DNA of 64,000 nucleotides from Camelus ferus (Eukaryota). A model generated the notes under the pieces. That model did no database searches. It worked only from the letters and a program-made list of their open reading frames with translations, and had not been told where the DNA came from. This document shows, piece after piece, positions 27,401 through 43,910 of the stretch. The position numbers and the translations under genes are program-made. Location: contig NC_045698.1 in the NCBI RefSeq assembly GCF_009834535.1, positions 98,704,001 through 98,768,000 of the forward strand, written 5' to 3'. Each line of letters opens with the position of its first letter. The stretch's first letter is position 1.

Positions 27401-28741
27401 AAGAAAAAAAAAAGACTAGTTTTCTTGACCATTTTAAAATAATTGATTTTATACCCTTTCTACTTTGTCACTATTATAATAAGGAATGTAATGAATGTTT
27501 TTTGGGAAAATATAATGAACATTTTTGTATATGGAACCTTTTCCATATTTCTTGGGACTAGATTTCTGAGAAGTGAGTCAGTTTTTCAAAACATTTTATT
27601 TTACTTCCCAATTCCCAGCAGTTTGTGAGTCCTTTAAGGATTGTGAAAAATACCTCTAATCTACTCTTCAAAGTCTGAGAATTTAAAAACTGAATGGTTA
27701 ATGGATTCTTTTTTGTCTGGTCAAACTTTATGAGTGATTTCTAGAAACTAATTATATGAGTAATAATATAGAGAACGGGTACTTGCTGCTTTATCTCAAG
27801 TTTTCTCAGATTAGTAAATTACTCTAGTCATGAATAAGAAAACTTTGAAAAATGCAATGATAATATACAGATAGTTACTGAAATAATTCCTTGTACTGGT
27901 TATTTCTAACATTGCAACTAAGGCAAACTTATAAATAGTAGTAAAACAATACTTTATGGATGTGTCCTAATGTGGAAAGGATCACTGAAACCTTGTCTGC
28001 TCTTTGCAGTGCTTCAGTTTACCTTTTCTGTCTTCTCAACTTTTTTATTTTTAGGATCAGTTATTCACCCATTGTTTTAGGCTTTGCTGCTGCATTCATT
28101 AAACACTGAAAATTATTTCAGTGGATACTCTATGAAAGGTGCTGTTCTAGAGTTTGAGGACTCACTGTGAACATGATAATCACAGATATAACTTGTGGCC
28201 TAAAATCTTCTTAAATAAGATTAATGAGCAAATGGCCTTCCCAAACCTATTACCACATTTTGCCAAGTCCATCTGCACAGGAGACTAACTCTCAAACAGT
28301 AGATATTTTCTTACAAGGGAATTGAAAAGTTGCCACAGATTCTAAAGGGCCAATCCATGTGAGAAAACTTTTTTCTGCCTAGGTTGTGACGGGACTCCCG
28401 ACCTCTAACTTCCTGGACATTGTCTTTCATCTATTCTTTCATTCTTCAAGTATAGCCTTGCTCCTGGGAGGGATAAATATGTCCGTTATACAATACACTG
28501 TATTGAAATTGGGCTATGAGAAAAAAATAATGCAAAAACTTAAAAGAGGTAGGAAAAATTCTTACCAAAAAACACTTGTCTCTGAAAAAAAAATTATAAG
28601 GCTCATTGTACAGGAAGCTTTAGATAATTTCTGGATTTTCATTGCAAATAAAACATCAGGTTTGGACCTCTATTATTTGGGGAAAACAGAATAGGGAAAA
28701 GAAATGTGTACACAAGTGATGGTTTATTTACCAAGAATAGA

Positions 28742-28782
28742 TTGCAATAACAGGTTAGGACTCTGAGTGTCGCTGTTCACCA
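28742..28782 (+). promoter_or_regulatory. PCDHGA4 promoter CSE (CTCF site)
   Basis: ttgcaa at 28742, ggactctgagtgtcgctgttcacc, CGCT at 28771. Confidence 0.9.
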
Positions 28783-28998
28783 ATCGGGGGAAAAAAAGAA
28801 TCAGGAATTTAATCCGAACCACAAGATTTCTGCATAACAAAGCACTGGCTCTGAGGCTTTAGAAAGCTTCAGACTGGACCCCGAGAACTCCAACATCCAA
28901 CGGTGAAAGACATTATCTTTGACCCCGAAGATCCTGGAGATCCTCAGGCCTCCACCAAGGGAACACCGGAGCGCAAGCTATTCCGCCGCGGGGCTATA

Positions 28999-31422
28999 AT
29001 GGCGGCTCCTCCTCATCGCGCAGACTGCAGCCGGCTGATCGGGATCTGCGTTCTCTTGGGGGTCCTGTGGACAATCCGGGCCGAACAGATCCGCTACTCG
29101 GTGCTTGAGGAGCTGGAGAAAGGCTCCTTCGTGGGCAACATCGCCAAAGACCTAGGGCTGCAACCCTGGGAGCTGGCGGAGCGCGGAGTCCGCATCGTCT
29201 CCAGAGGTAGGACGCAGCTCTTTGCTCTGCACCCGCGAAGCGGTAGCTTGGTCACCGAGGGCAGGATAGACCGAGAGGAGCTCTGTGACAGATCTCCAAA
29301 GTGTGTAGTAAACCTGGAGATTCTCCTAGAGGACAAAGTGAAGATTTTTGGAGTAGAAGTGGAAATAATCGATGTTAATGATAACGCGCCCAACTTTGGG
29401 ATGGAACAAAGGGAAATAAAAGTCGCTGAAAGTGAAAATCCTGGGACAAGATTTCCCCTTCCTGAAGCTTTTGACCCGGATATAGGGATAAACTCCCTTC
29501 AGGGTTACCAGCTCAGCTCGAATGTTCACTTCTCCTTGGATGTGCAAAGTGGAGTAGACGGAATTAAGTACCCTGAGCTGGTGTTGGAGCGCACCCTGGA
29601 CCGCGAGGAAGAGGCCGTTCACCACCTCGTTCTCACCGCCTTCGACGGAGGCGACCAGGCTCACTCTGGCACTGCCAGAATTCAAGTAACACTTGTGGAC
29701 ACTAACGACAATGCTCCCGTATTCACTCAGCCCGAGTACCACGTGAGTGTGCGGGAGAACGTGCCAGTGGGCTCCTGGCTACTCACCGTAAAAGCCACTG
29801 ATCCAGATGAAGGAGCCAATGGAGAAGTGACATATTCTTTCCGGAAAGTAAGAGATAAAATATCCCAGCTGTTCCAGTTGAATTCTCTGACTGGGGATAT
29901 AACAATACTGGGGGATTTGGATTATGAGGACTCTGGATTCTATGATATAGATGTAGAAGCCCACGATGGGCCTGGTCTCCGAGCCAGAAGTAAGGTACTG
30001 GTGACAATTCTGGATGTAAATGACAATGCTCCAGAAGTCACAGTTACATCTCTGATCAGCTCTATCCAAGAAACTTCTTCCCCAGGCACGGTAATTGCAC
30101 TTTTCAATGTGCTTGACAGTGATTCAGGAGAGAATGGCCTTGTCACATGTTCTATTCCAGATAATCTGCCATTCACACTTGAAAAGACCTTTGGAAATTA
30201 TCATCGGTTGTTGACACACAGAACTCTGGATAGGGAAGAGGTCTCAGAATATAACATCACAATAACTGCCACTGACCATGGAACTCCACCATTGTCTACA
30301 GAAACGCGTATCTCCCTGAAAGTGACAGACATCAATGACAACCCGCCTGTCTTCCCGCATGCTTCCTACTCTGCCTACATTCTGGAAAACAACCCCACGG
30401 GAGCCTCCATCTTCTCTGTGATTGCCCACGATCCTGACAGTAATGAGAATTCAAGGGTCACCTACTCTCTGGCTGAGGACACACTGCAGGGGGCACCTCT
30501 CTCCTCCTATGTCTCCATCAACTCTGATACCGGTGTATTGTATGCCCTGCGCTCCTTTGACTATGAGCAGGTTAGAGACCTGCAGCTACTGGTGACAGCC
30601 AGTGACAGTGGGAACCCTCCACTCAGCAGCAACGTGTCTCTGACCCTCTTTGTGATGGACCAGAATGACAACACACCTGAGATTCTTTACCCTGCCCTCC
30701 CCACTGACGGGTCNNNNNNNNNNNNNNNNNNNNNNNNNNNNNNNNNNNNNNNNNNNNNNNNNNNNNNNNNNNNNNNNNNNNNNNNNNNNNNNNNNNNNNN
30801 NNNNNNNNNNNNNNNNNNNNNNNNNNNNNNNNNNNNNNNNNNNNNNNNNNNNNTGGGGCTGCACACGGGCGAGGTGCGCACAGCGCGGGCCCTGCTGGAC
30901 AGAGATGCGCTCAAGCAGAGCTTGGTGGTGGCGGTCCAAGACCACGGCCAGCCCCCTCTCTCTGCCACTGTCACACTCACGGTGGCCGTGGCTGACAGCA
31001 TCCCTGATGTACTGACTGATCTGGGCAGCCTCAAGCCCTCAGGGGACCCTGACACCTCGGACCTGACGCTGTACCTGGTGGTGGCGGTGGCTGCAGTCTC
31101 CTGCGTCTTCCTTGCTTTTGTCATCGTTCTACTAGCTCTCAGACTGCGTCGCTGGCACTCGTCACGTATGCTCCAGGCTTTGGGCAGGGGGTTGGCCGAC
31201 GTGCCGGGTTCTCAGTTTGTGGGCGTGGACGGGGTGCGGGCTTTCCTGCAGACCTATTCCCACGAGGTGTCGCTCACCGCGGATTCGCGGAAGAGTCACG
31301 TGATCTTCCCGCAGCCCAACTATGCGGACACGCTCATCAGCCAGGAGAGCTGTGAGAAAAGTGAGCCTCTTCTGATACCCCAAGATTTACTTGAAACAAA
31401 AGGAGGCCCCAGTCTTCATCAG
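28999..31422 (+). CDS. PCDHGA4: Protocadherin gamma-A4 variable exon
   Basis: MAAPP start, [33 protein letters not shown] match GA4; 808 codons; donor CAG|GTGAGT after 31422; N-gap 30714-30853. Confidence 0.93.
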
Positions 31423-32849
31423 GTGAGTCAAAACTTGACACACTGAAACGTAGGCAGAGAGCTGCATAAATGTCTCCAATTATATGATACATAATAAGTC
31501 AAATAAAGGCACTTCTATTTTTAGTGTTGTGTTGCTTTAAAGTGGAGAGGCAGACGATAATGATCAATAATGACCAATAACCGTTACTACACCTGAAAGT
31601 TATTTGTTTATTAGTTATCCTTTGTAATCCTCATTCAGTTATAGTTTCAGTAGCAATGTCTTAATTTTATACTTCTAGCCATCTTCTTTAAAGCCATTTC
31701 CTTTAGGCATTACTGAAAGAATAGAGTTAGAACTATGAAATAGGAGGCAATTGTATAAATTCATATTAACACATTCTCCGTTATGAAGTTTTTGTTGGAT
31801 CTGGATTGGGTATGTTGAAATTCTTTTTACACCCTAATTTACTTTACCTGAAGTTCTCTTTCCTTTGGAACAAGTATTTTCCATTATGACCAAGTAGCAA
31901 TTTATAAATATTGGGGAATATGTTTAACTTTTAGACACAACTTTAACAGAGATAGTATCTCAATTGGATTGGTATATTTCAAATATTGTGTTGTTGGAGT
32001 TTGTAAGATGCACCAGCAGTGACTATGTGTGATCCCTTTGGTGTGCTTCTGAGATTACCAAAAATATTGCCCATTTTTTTCATTTATATTTAGTAGGTTG
32101 CAGGAGTAATTTTAATAATTTCTAAATTACCTATGATGGAACCACTGTAAGACCCTTTTAGATTTCTAAGGAAAATGTAACTTTAAAAAATCTCTCCTTT
32201 TTCATCATGGGAGCCTCTAATAAAGGTTGGGTGACTGTGATTCCCAACTAATATGATTTATGCTACTTAGTAGGTCTCATCCCTGTTCCCTCAAATTGCT
32301 CTCAGGTATCTCTGTCACTGTTTGACTCTGGGATGATCTGATTTGGGGAAAATATTTATGACTGTCTAGGACTATGCAAGTTGGTGACCTTTGGATATCT
32401 GGAAACCATAGCAATAAATTGTGGACTATGCCTCAGTTCAACTTAAGGAGTTTGAGTTTGTAAATGCTTTTACCTTCATAAGAAATTTTGGTGCAATACA
32501 TAGAATAAGACAAGAATGTGGTATGATACAACTAGCTGGCAATGGGAGAGGTAAGAGGAAATAATAAATGACTATTGGGAGACAAATCATATCTGAGATT
32601 ATCTAAAATATAATTTGGGATTATCAATTGTCCTGAAACTGTGATGGACATATTTGGATGCTGGCATTAGGTATACATTCCAGAATCAGAGTGATACATC
32701 TATTTTAAATTCCTAGGACAGCAGTAGATAATTTATAACCAAATATCACATGGAAATATATTTTTGTTAGAGTAGGCACTGGGTTTCTTTAAAAAATAAT
32801 ATTTCTGGTTAAATAAATTATTATGCAACCATACACAGGGCTGCTGCAT

Positions 32850-33160
32850 AGCTATAAGCAATAAGTGGGAAATCTCTTTATGTACTGATAGAAAATTATC
32901 TTCAAGATATAATGAGTGAAAAAAGCAAGATGCAGAACATGGTATATCGTATGCTTCCAGTTGTGTGTAAAACTGGGGGAGAACATTTATAAAAACCTGC
33001 TGAACCATACAAAACATACCCACAGTAAATGTAACACTAATTTCTCCTGGGAGAAATGTGTTGTTGAAAGCAGAGAGGGAGAACCTATAGAATACACAAT
33101 ATGTACCTTTTCAATTTGAAACTGTATAAATGTATACCTACTTAAAAACAAATAAATACT
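32850..33160 (+). mobile_element. Old L1 3' fragment (L1ME-like)
   Basis: tatcttcaagatataatgagtgaaaaaagcaagatgcagaacatggtatatcgtatgc...; boundaries approximate. Confidence 0.5.
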
Positions 33161-33221
33161 CTTTATAAATCAAAAAAAAGAAGGAAAAAACAGTCCTTTG
33201 CAAAACATTTAGAAGACATTA

Positions 33222-33263
33222 CTGCAGTTTCCCGAAAAAACCTCTGGGCGTCGCTGTAGGTCA
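33222..33263 (+). promoter_or_regulatory. PCDHGB2 promoter CSE (CTCF site)
   Basis: ctgcag at 33222, aacctctgggcgtcgctgtaggtc, CGCT at 33252. Confidence 0.9.
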
Positions 33264-33469
33264 AAAGAAGGGAGAGAAGATAATGAGAGGCACATTGGAG
33301 GGTAACTTCCTGCTTAAACAAGCCACTCAGAAGAGGCCAGTACAGGTTTGGATACAGAAAACAAAATCAGGAAAAGTGATCTGACCCCGGATTTTGCCAT
33401 CCACGGACAGCTTATTTCTCCTCCCGTCCAAGGAGCAGAGCAGCAATGAAGGGAGACCAAGAACAGAGG

Positions 33470-35890
<2,421 letters not shown>

Positions 35891-37501
35891 GTGAGCTTTA
35901 ATTGAATTCACTTATTTTACCTTGGGTTTCAATGTTTCTTAACAAATCACTTTGGTAGAGGTCTCCAATTCATGTTTTATTGTCTTGTGGGTAGAATTTA
36001 GGCAGTTTTCTGTGTTAAGCATCTTAATTTTATCTAACCAAATCTTTGACATAGGTTTTCTATCTGATAGTGAGATTTATTTATCCATAAGTACAAGCGT
36101 TTTTACATAAGATATTTCTTCTTCCTTATCTTTTCACATTCCTTCCTCTGGAAGTTTATTACTGTTGAGACCATAAGCTATTCCTTTCTCCTTCAGGGTC
36201 TTTATATTAGTTTTATTAATTTTACTTTCAGTTTCTCTTAGAATTGTCGTACTTAAGAGTGAAAGAGATCTCCTCATCTCATTAGTTTGGGGTAACTAGG
36301 AACCAAAGAAAGGAAGGATTTTACCCGGTGTCATGGCCTGTCAACAGCAGAGTACATGTAGGACTGACATGAAAACCAGAACTCTAAAGTGTCTTTACAG
36401 GCTAAGTGTCTTGGGATCCCAGATCTATTATAAAAGGTTGTGCACAGTTTGAGGTCTGCAGTGTCTGCTATTAGAAGTATGTTTAATAAATGGGAGAAAT
36501 TTTTCTCTCATTCACAATAACAAATTGTTCTTGTGAAAAATTGTACATTGAGGAAACTTATGCAAATTATTCTCACCTTGTTTACTTAAAACTATTTTTT
36601 GAATTTTCTAAAAATAGGTTAAAATAGCTTCATTTTCTTTCTCTTCCTGTTGAGGTATCATTAAGTAAAAATTGCTTCTCTCATGTAATGGATGCTCTGA
36701 AATGTCCATTTTTCAGTCATGAGGTATTTCTTTTTCTGTTGCTATATAAAGGTGATAACATTAAATATCTGTCAACATAGAAAGGTCACTCACTGCCTGC
36801 TGGTTGATAAGTATCTGGACTTGTTTTTCTGCATGGGTGATGAACTAAAGCCCTTTCTGCCACAGTCACTATGCTGATTTCCCCCAGGTGGCTGTAAGTG
36901 TAAAACATCTAACTCTAATTTATACATGGTAATAGGAAAATATAACTAATGCATGGTTGATCCAACTCAAACTCTCAGTTTCATATGATGTAGCTGCCAT
37001 ATTCTTAGTGTGAAAATCTTGAAACTTTCTTGAAGATCTCACAAGTAACAAAAAGTTTTTTAAAAGTCCCCTTTATTTTTCTGCATATGATAGCTAATAC
37101 AATTTGCATAATTCAACAGTCCTTTTTGCAAAAGTCTATTGAAAGCTAGGCTTGTTTCCTTGGCATTTTTTATGTACAAAAGGGCATGTTTTCATAAATA
37201 TATCCTAATAAAAAGATGAAATCTTAAAACCTACAAAAGAATTTTAATGTCCTGATTAAATGGACTCAATATAGATAAGAGGTAAATAAAGGACAGGCTC
37301 AATGGCACATTAAATAAAACTTTTCTGAAGACGTAAAAAAGAATCTAATAATTATATTAATCTCAAAAGCTTACAGAAGTCTTCTACTATTTGAAAATTA
37401 AATCTTAATTAAATATAAACAATGTCACATGGTAATATATTAAAGATACAGTTATTAGAAATAAAATATAGTTAAACATTTATGAAATGGAAACAGAATT
37501 G

Positions 37502-37542
37502 GTGTAGTAACTGGTTAGGACTCTGAGCGTCGCTGTTCACTA
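37502..37542 (+). promoter_or_regulatory. PCDHGA5 promoter CSE (CTCF site)
   Basis: gtgtag at 37502, ggactctgagcgtcgctgttcact, CGCT at 37531. Confidence 0.9.
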
Positions 37543-37752
37543 AAGTGGAAAAGAAGCTGCCGCTGATGCGACCAGACTCTCAGCTCCTTCCGCACTAAAC
37601 AAGCTCCGCGGACCAGATAAGCTCCTGGGAAAAGCCGCCCACCCGCGCCCCTCTCCCATTTCCACAAGGGACTGTGTTTCCTTTGACTTTAGAGAAATAA
37701 GGAAACAGCAGACTGGAATCAGGGCGAAGAGAAAACTGGTCGGAGCGAGGCA

Positions 37753-40176
37753 ATGGCGGATCCACTGAGGGGTTGGGGCTGCAGAGAGCAGTTCCTGCTC
37801 TTCATGCTTCTGGGGACGCTGTCGGAGGCCGGGGCCGGGCAGATCCGCTACTCGGTGCCAGAGGAGCTGGACAAAGGCTCTTTCGTAGGCAACATCGCCA
37901 AGGATCTCGGGCTGGAGTCCCGCGAGCTGACGAATCGGGGAGTCCGCATCGTCTCCAGAGGTAGGACGCAGCTCTTTGCTCTGAACCCGCGAAGCGGCAG
38001 CTTGGTCACCGCGGGGAGGATAGACCGGGAGGAACTCTGCGCGCAAAGCGCGCAGTGTCTGGTGAGTTTTAATATCTTGGTTGAGAATAAAATGAAAATC
38101 TATGGAGTAGAAGTAGAAATAATCGATATTAATGATAACTTCCCTCGTTTCCGAGATGAGGAAGTAAAAGTAAAGGTTAATGAAAATGCGGCTATGGGAA
38201 CGCGGTTAGTACTTCCCTTCGCTCGAGATGCGGATGTGGGTGTGAACTCCCTCCAGAATTACCAGCTCAGCTCCAATATGCACTTCTCTCTGGATGAGAA
38301 AAGCGCAACAGATGGACAAAAATATCCAGAGCTAGTGCTGGAACAGCCCTTGGACCGCGAGAAAGTAGCTGTTCACGACCTTCTACTCACAGCTTTAGAC
38401 GGCGGAGACCCTGTACTCTCTGGTACCACGCGCATCCGCGTGATGGTCCTCGACGCAAACGATAATGCTCCTCTGTTCACTCAATCCGAATACAGAGTGA
38501 GTGTTCCAGAGAATACACCTGTCGGCACTCGGCTGCTCACACTAACCGCCACGGATCCAGATGAAGGAATAAATGGGAAATTGACCTACTCTTTTCGCAA
38601 TGAAGAAGACAAAATTTCAGAGACTTTCCAACTTGATTCCAACCTCGGTGAAATCTCAACTGTGCAATCACTGGATTATGAAGAATCCAGATTCTATCTC
38701 ATAGAAGTGGAAGCTCAGGATGGAGGTGCTCTTCTTGCCAGCGCTAAGGTACTGATCACAGTACAGGATGTGAATGACAATGTGCCTGAAGTGATCCTCA
38801 CCTCTCTTGCCAGTTCTGTCTCTGAAGACTGTATTCCTGGAACCATAATTGCGCTGTTCAGTGTGCATGATGGTGATTCTGGAGAGAATGGAGAGATTGC
38901 ATGTTCTATTCCCAAGAACTTGCCCTTTAAATTGGAAAAGTCAGTTGATAATTATTACCACTTACTGACAACGAGAACCCTGGATAGAGAAGAGATCTCA
39001 GAATATAACATCACAGTAACTGTCACTGACTGTGGAAACCCACCTTTGTCTACAGAAAACCACATCTTCCTGAAAGTGGCAGACATCAATGACAACCCTC
39101 CCATTTTCCCTCACACTTCATACTACACCTACATCCCAGAAAACAACCCCAGAGGCATCTCGATCTTCTCTGTGAACGCGCACGACCCCGACAGTGGCAA
39201 CAATGCCCAGGTCACTTACTCTCTGGCTGAGGACAAATTTCAGGGAACCCCTCTATCATCTTATGTTTCCATCAATTCCGACACCGGAGTCCTGTATGCC
39301 CTCCGCTCTTTTGACTATGAGCAGGTTAGAGAACTGCAGCTGTGGGTGATGGCCAGCGACAATGGAGACCCTCCACTTAGCAACAACGTGTCTCTGATCC
39401 TCTTCGTGATGGACCAGAATGACAATGCTCCCGAAATCCTGTATCCGGCCCTCCCCACTGACGGTTCCACGGGTGTGGAGTTGGCACCCCGCTCCGCAGA
39501 GCCTGGCTACCTGGTGACCAAGGTGGTGGCGGTGGACAGAGACTCAGGCCAGAACGCCTGGCTGTCCTACCGCCTGCTCAAGGCCAGCGAGCCAGGGCTC
39601 TTCGCGGTGGGGCTGCACACGGGCGAGGTGCGCACAGCGCGGGCCCTGCTGGACAGAGATGCGCTCAAGCAGAGCCTGGTGGTGGCGGTGCAGGACCATG
39701 GGCAGCCCCCTCTCTCTGCCACTGTCACACTCACGGTGGCCGTGGCTGACAGCATCCCAGACGTCCTGGCTGACTTGGACAGCCTCGAACCCTCCGCCAA
39801 CCGTGACGACTCGGGCCTGACGCTTTACCTGGTGGTGGCGGTGGCCGCGGTCTCCTGCGTCTTCCTGGCCTTTGTCATTGCGTTGCTGGCCCTCAGGCTG
39901 AGGCGCTGGCACACGTCTCGCGTGTTCCAGGCTTCGAAAGGCCGTTTGGCAGGCGTGGCTGCCTCTCAGTTTGTGGGCGTGGACGGGGTGCGGGCTTTCC
40001 TGCAGACCTATTCCCACGAGGTGTCGCTCACCGCGGACTCGCGGAAGAGTCACGTGATCTTCCCGCAGCCCAACTACGCGGACACGCTCATCAGCCAGGA
40101 GAGCTGCGAGAAAAGCGAGCCTCTCCTGATATCTGAGAAGATAAACGCAAAGGAAGAAGAGCTAGGAGTTGTTCAG
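37753..40176 (+). CDS. PCDHGA5: Protocadherin gamma-A5 variable exon
   Basis: RGWGC signal, [40 protein letters not shown] match GA5; 808 codons, no gap; donor CAG|GTGAGT after 40176. Confidence 0.94.
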
Positions 40177-42691
40177 GTGAGTTTTCTTTTTTCACTGCGG
40201 ATGTTTGGAGCATTTTTTTCACTTGTTTCCATCATTTTTCTGCCACATTCAAAATCGGTCAATTGCTTGAACGGTGAATCGTTATTTGCTTTATTTACAG
40301 ATAAACTTGATTTAATATGATAATTGTTACTTTCTCCATTTGTTTTCAAATTATCTTTTGGGCTTAATGCCTTTTTTTCTATAATACGTGGTTATTTTAG
40401 AAACTCTAGCTGATATCCATAGACTTAAGTGAAAGAAGTATTTTAAAGGAAGGTGATTATACATAATCACTTTACCCAAAGACTTTCTTATACTAGAACT
40501 GTTACGTTAATAGAAGAGTTGTTTGACTAGTCCAAATTATTAGATGTAATGTTCTCTTTTGACTACTTGCTTGAACACCAATAGCAAATATGTTTCAGAA
40601 AAAATATTGTGCAGCATTGGTATTTTAGTAAACCTGCTGTTTAGAAAACCTGCTGTTTTCATAAAGATAGTAAATAATTTACAGCACTTGCATAAATCAG
40701 TGGAAGAGTATAGAAAATTTCTGCGTGATCAATATCAGGAGAACAGATTAAATTTATAGTAATGATAATGTCTGTAGCATTCTGTAGTCTGGAAAGTTTG
40801 GGTTCAACCATCTAATTATTGTACATGCGTATTTGTTTAGAGAAGAAATCAGTGAGATGTAGCCTTAGAATAAATTCTGTGATGCAATTTAAAATCTTCA
40901 AATAATTAGATACTGCTTCACTCATTAACTACGAATATGCCATACACTTGTCATCTTCTGGTTACACATAACTCCTTAACTTTTCAGAATCAGTATCTTC
41001 TTGAATGCTTGCATTTCTGCAAGTGTAGGTACAATTCTGCTTTATTGCAAGAGTTAAAAATTTGTATTTGGAAAATCAATTGGTGAAATGAAATTTATAT
41101 TTAAGGCAGGACAAGAAAAATTAAAGATAAAACTATCTTTCTGTTTGTTTGGGTCTCCTCCCTCCCTCCCTAATGTGCAGTGCACATCTGCATTACACAT
41201 TAACCAGAGCTCCTCAAAGATGGGAATTCCCTCTGGACTGTTTACAGCTAAACTGTTACCTATCTTTGAATCAATATCTTTTCTTTCTTCTGATGCTAGC
41301 AATGTAACTTCTTAAAAGAATAGTGTTCTTTCCCAACTAGGTAGGGGGTCATGGTGACTTGCTGCTCATTTTCTGTGTGCTTACTTGGACTATATATCCA
41401 TGGTGAACTTTATGCAAAATATCAATATATCATTTTGATGTACAACCTTTTGTCTCAAAATGTACGTGACTGTGCCTTCAACTTCTAACAGGCAGAACAG
41501 TTCTCAGAGCTTTCTGAAGCTGCCTCCCAGGTTATAATCCTGTTTGGCTCAAATAAAATTCCCCTTTGTCTTCTTAACTTGATAGTTAATTGAATTTTCA
41601 CTGACACAACTTAAAAATGGTTTTGAAATTCTATGTTATTTCTCAAATTATTTAAAAAATTATGCTCATCTTAAATTAATAGATTTTTCTTATTAAATGC
41701 TGGTCTGTGGGTCTCAAATTTCATGAATATGTGTTGTGTAATGTAATAACCATGTACCCTATTCATTTTTACATATAATTTACTAAAGATGATTTTCAGA
41801 TCCTTCTTTTAAAAAGATTTTTCAGTCTTTCAAATTTTGTACTTTCAACAACTTGAGCATCAGCTGCGAAGTATGAATAAGTGGGGAAATGGCAATAAAA
41901 TATTTTTAATGGGATAGTAGGCTGCATTTCTCAACCACATGAAAGGGTTATTGATACATTTGGGAACTTAGGACCACTTGATGTTTTAGAAATTTATTTG
42001 AAAGGGATCTAATTATATTTATATATGGGCAACTCTGACCTCAACATAAAGTGTGCAGACTCACTGAATAGTGAATTCATCCAAAGAGTAACAGGAGAAT
42101 CTGTATGATAGATACTGATATCATTCACTCCTATGTGAAAACTCACTTTTCCATTATTTTTTAAAGAAAAGATTACTGTGTAGTTTTGGGTATGCGTTCT
42201 GGGTTAACTTTTTCATGCAATAGGAAAAATACCTTCTATACCTCTATAGACTTCAATAAACTTTACATAATAAACTTTATGTAATAAAATGCTTGATATA
42301 TGCACTGTAAATATATATGCTATATATGATATACTCTTAAATATTTGAATCTTTTGTTTCATATATGTTGTGAAAAGATAGCTTTCCTTTACCAATAACT
42401 GAAGTGTTCACACAGTAGTTTAAAAAAAGGCACTTAGTAATATTTTGGAGCAAAGTGTTAAGTCAGTAGTGTTTTTTACATTTGTATAAAGTAGAAAGGC
42501 CAATGAGTTTCTGTCTAGAATCCTGGATAAATGAGCAGTTTAAGATGCTCTAGTGTTATTCTACTATAAGATGAATTCAGCATTGTTCCACAGCTTCCAA
42601 GTTTTTGAATGACAATATATTATGCAGGTTAAGAAACAATTTCTCAATGAAGATTTCTAGTTTGAAAATGGAGTTAAAACTCTAAGAGGCA

Positions 42692-42781
42692 GGGGGTGGA
42701 GGGTAGCTAAGTGGTAGAGCACATGCTTAGCATGCACAAGATCCTGGGTTCAATCCCCAGTACCTCCATTAAAAAAAAAAA
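42692..42781 (+). mobile_element. Vic-1-like tRNA-derived SINE (short form with A tail)
   Basis: gggggtggagggtagctaagtggtagagcacatgcttagcatgcacaagatcctgggttcaatccccagtacctccatt followed by poly-A. Confidence 0.8.
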
Positions 42782-43087
42782 CTCTTTGATGTCTATCAGA
42801 AACAGAAATTGGCATGCATATTGGCAAGGGAAGAGTGTCAATAATAGACTCAAGAGGATCAGATGTAAGCAGGGGATCAAGGAAAAGTGGAAAACATAGA
42901 TGACTTTCTTTGAGATATATCTTTATGAGGATTCATACTTCACCACCAAAATCCAAGTAACTCACCATTGCTAAGCTACTTGATAAGAAACAGTACAATT
43001 AAAGACAATGGTAATGTAGCATGGAAAAATTAAATTAGTGGAATAGTTTTAAAATTATAGTCATGTAATTAAAACTAGACAATTGGA

Positions 43088-43910
43088 TCAAGACTACAAT
43101 GAAGTATCACCTCACACCAGTCAGAATGGACATCATTTAAAAGTCCACAAATGATAAATGCTGGAGACATTTGGAGAAAAGGAAAACCTCTTACACTGTT
43201 GGCGGAAATGTAGTTTGGTGTAGCGCTTATGGAAAACAGTATGGAGAGTCCTCAAGAGACTAAAAACAGACTTGCCATACGATCCAGCAATCCCACTCCT
43301 GGGTGTATATCTGGAGGAAACTCTAATTCAAAAAGATACATGCACCCAATGTTCATAGCAGCGCTATTTACAATAGACAAGACCTGGAAGCAACCTAAAT
43401 GTTCATTGACAGATGACTGAATAAAGAAGTTGTGGTATATATATTTACAATGGAATACTACTCAGCCATAAAAGAGAATAAAATAATGCCATTTGCAGCA
43501 ACATGGATGGACCTGAAGATCATCATACTAAGTGAAGTAAGCAAGAAAGAGAAAAAAAATACCATATGATATTACTTATATGTGGCATCTTTAAAAAAGA
43601 ACAAATGAACTTATTTACAAAACAGGAACACACTCACAGATACAGAAAATAAACATATGTTTATCAGGGGGGAAAGGGTGGGTGCAGGGATAAATTGAGA
43701 GTTTGGGATTTGCAGATACTAACTACTATATATAAAATATATAAACAACAAGGTCCTACTGTATAGCATAGGAAACTATACTCAATATCTTGTAATAGCC
43801 TATAATGAAAAAGAATATGAAAAGGAATATATATGTGTATAAGTGAATCACTATGCTGTACACCAGAAACTAACACAGCATTGTAAACCGACTATATCTC
43901 AGAAAAAAAA
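43088..43910 (+). mobile_element. 5'-truncated, relatively young artiodactyl-type L1 3' end
   Basis: tatcacctcacaccagtcagaatgg...gatccagcaatcccactcctggg...caacaaggtcctactgtatagcatagg...gaaactaacacagcattgtaa...A tail. Confidence 0.85.

Noticed and set aside
42676-42785. Possible TSD (aaaactct) around the SINE at 42692
   Set aside because: Only 8 bp, not directly abutting the 5' end and overlapping the A tail; not convincing.
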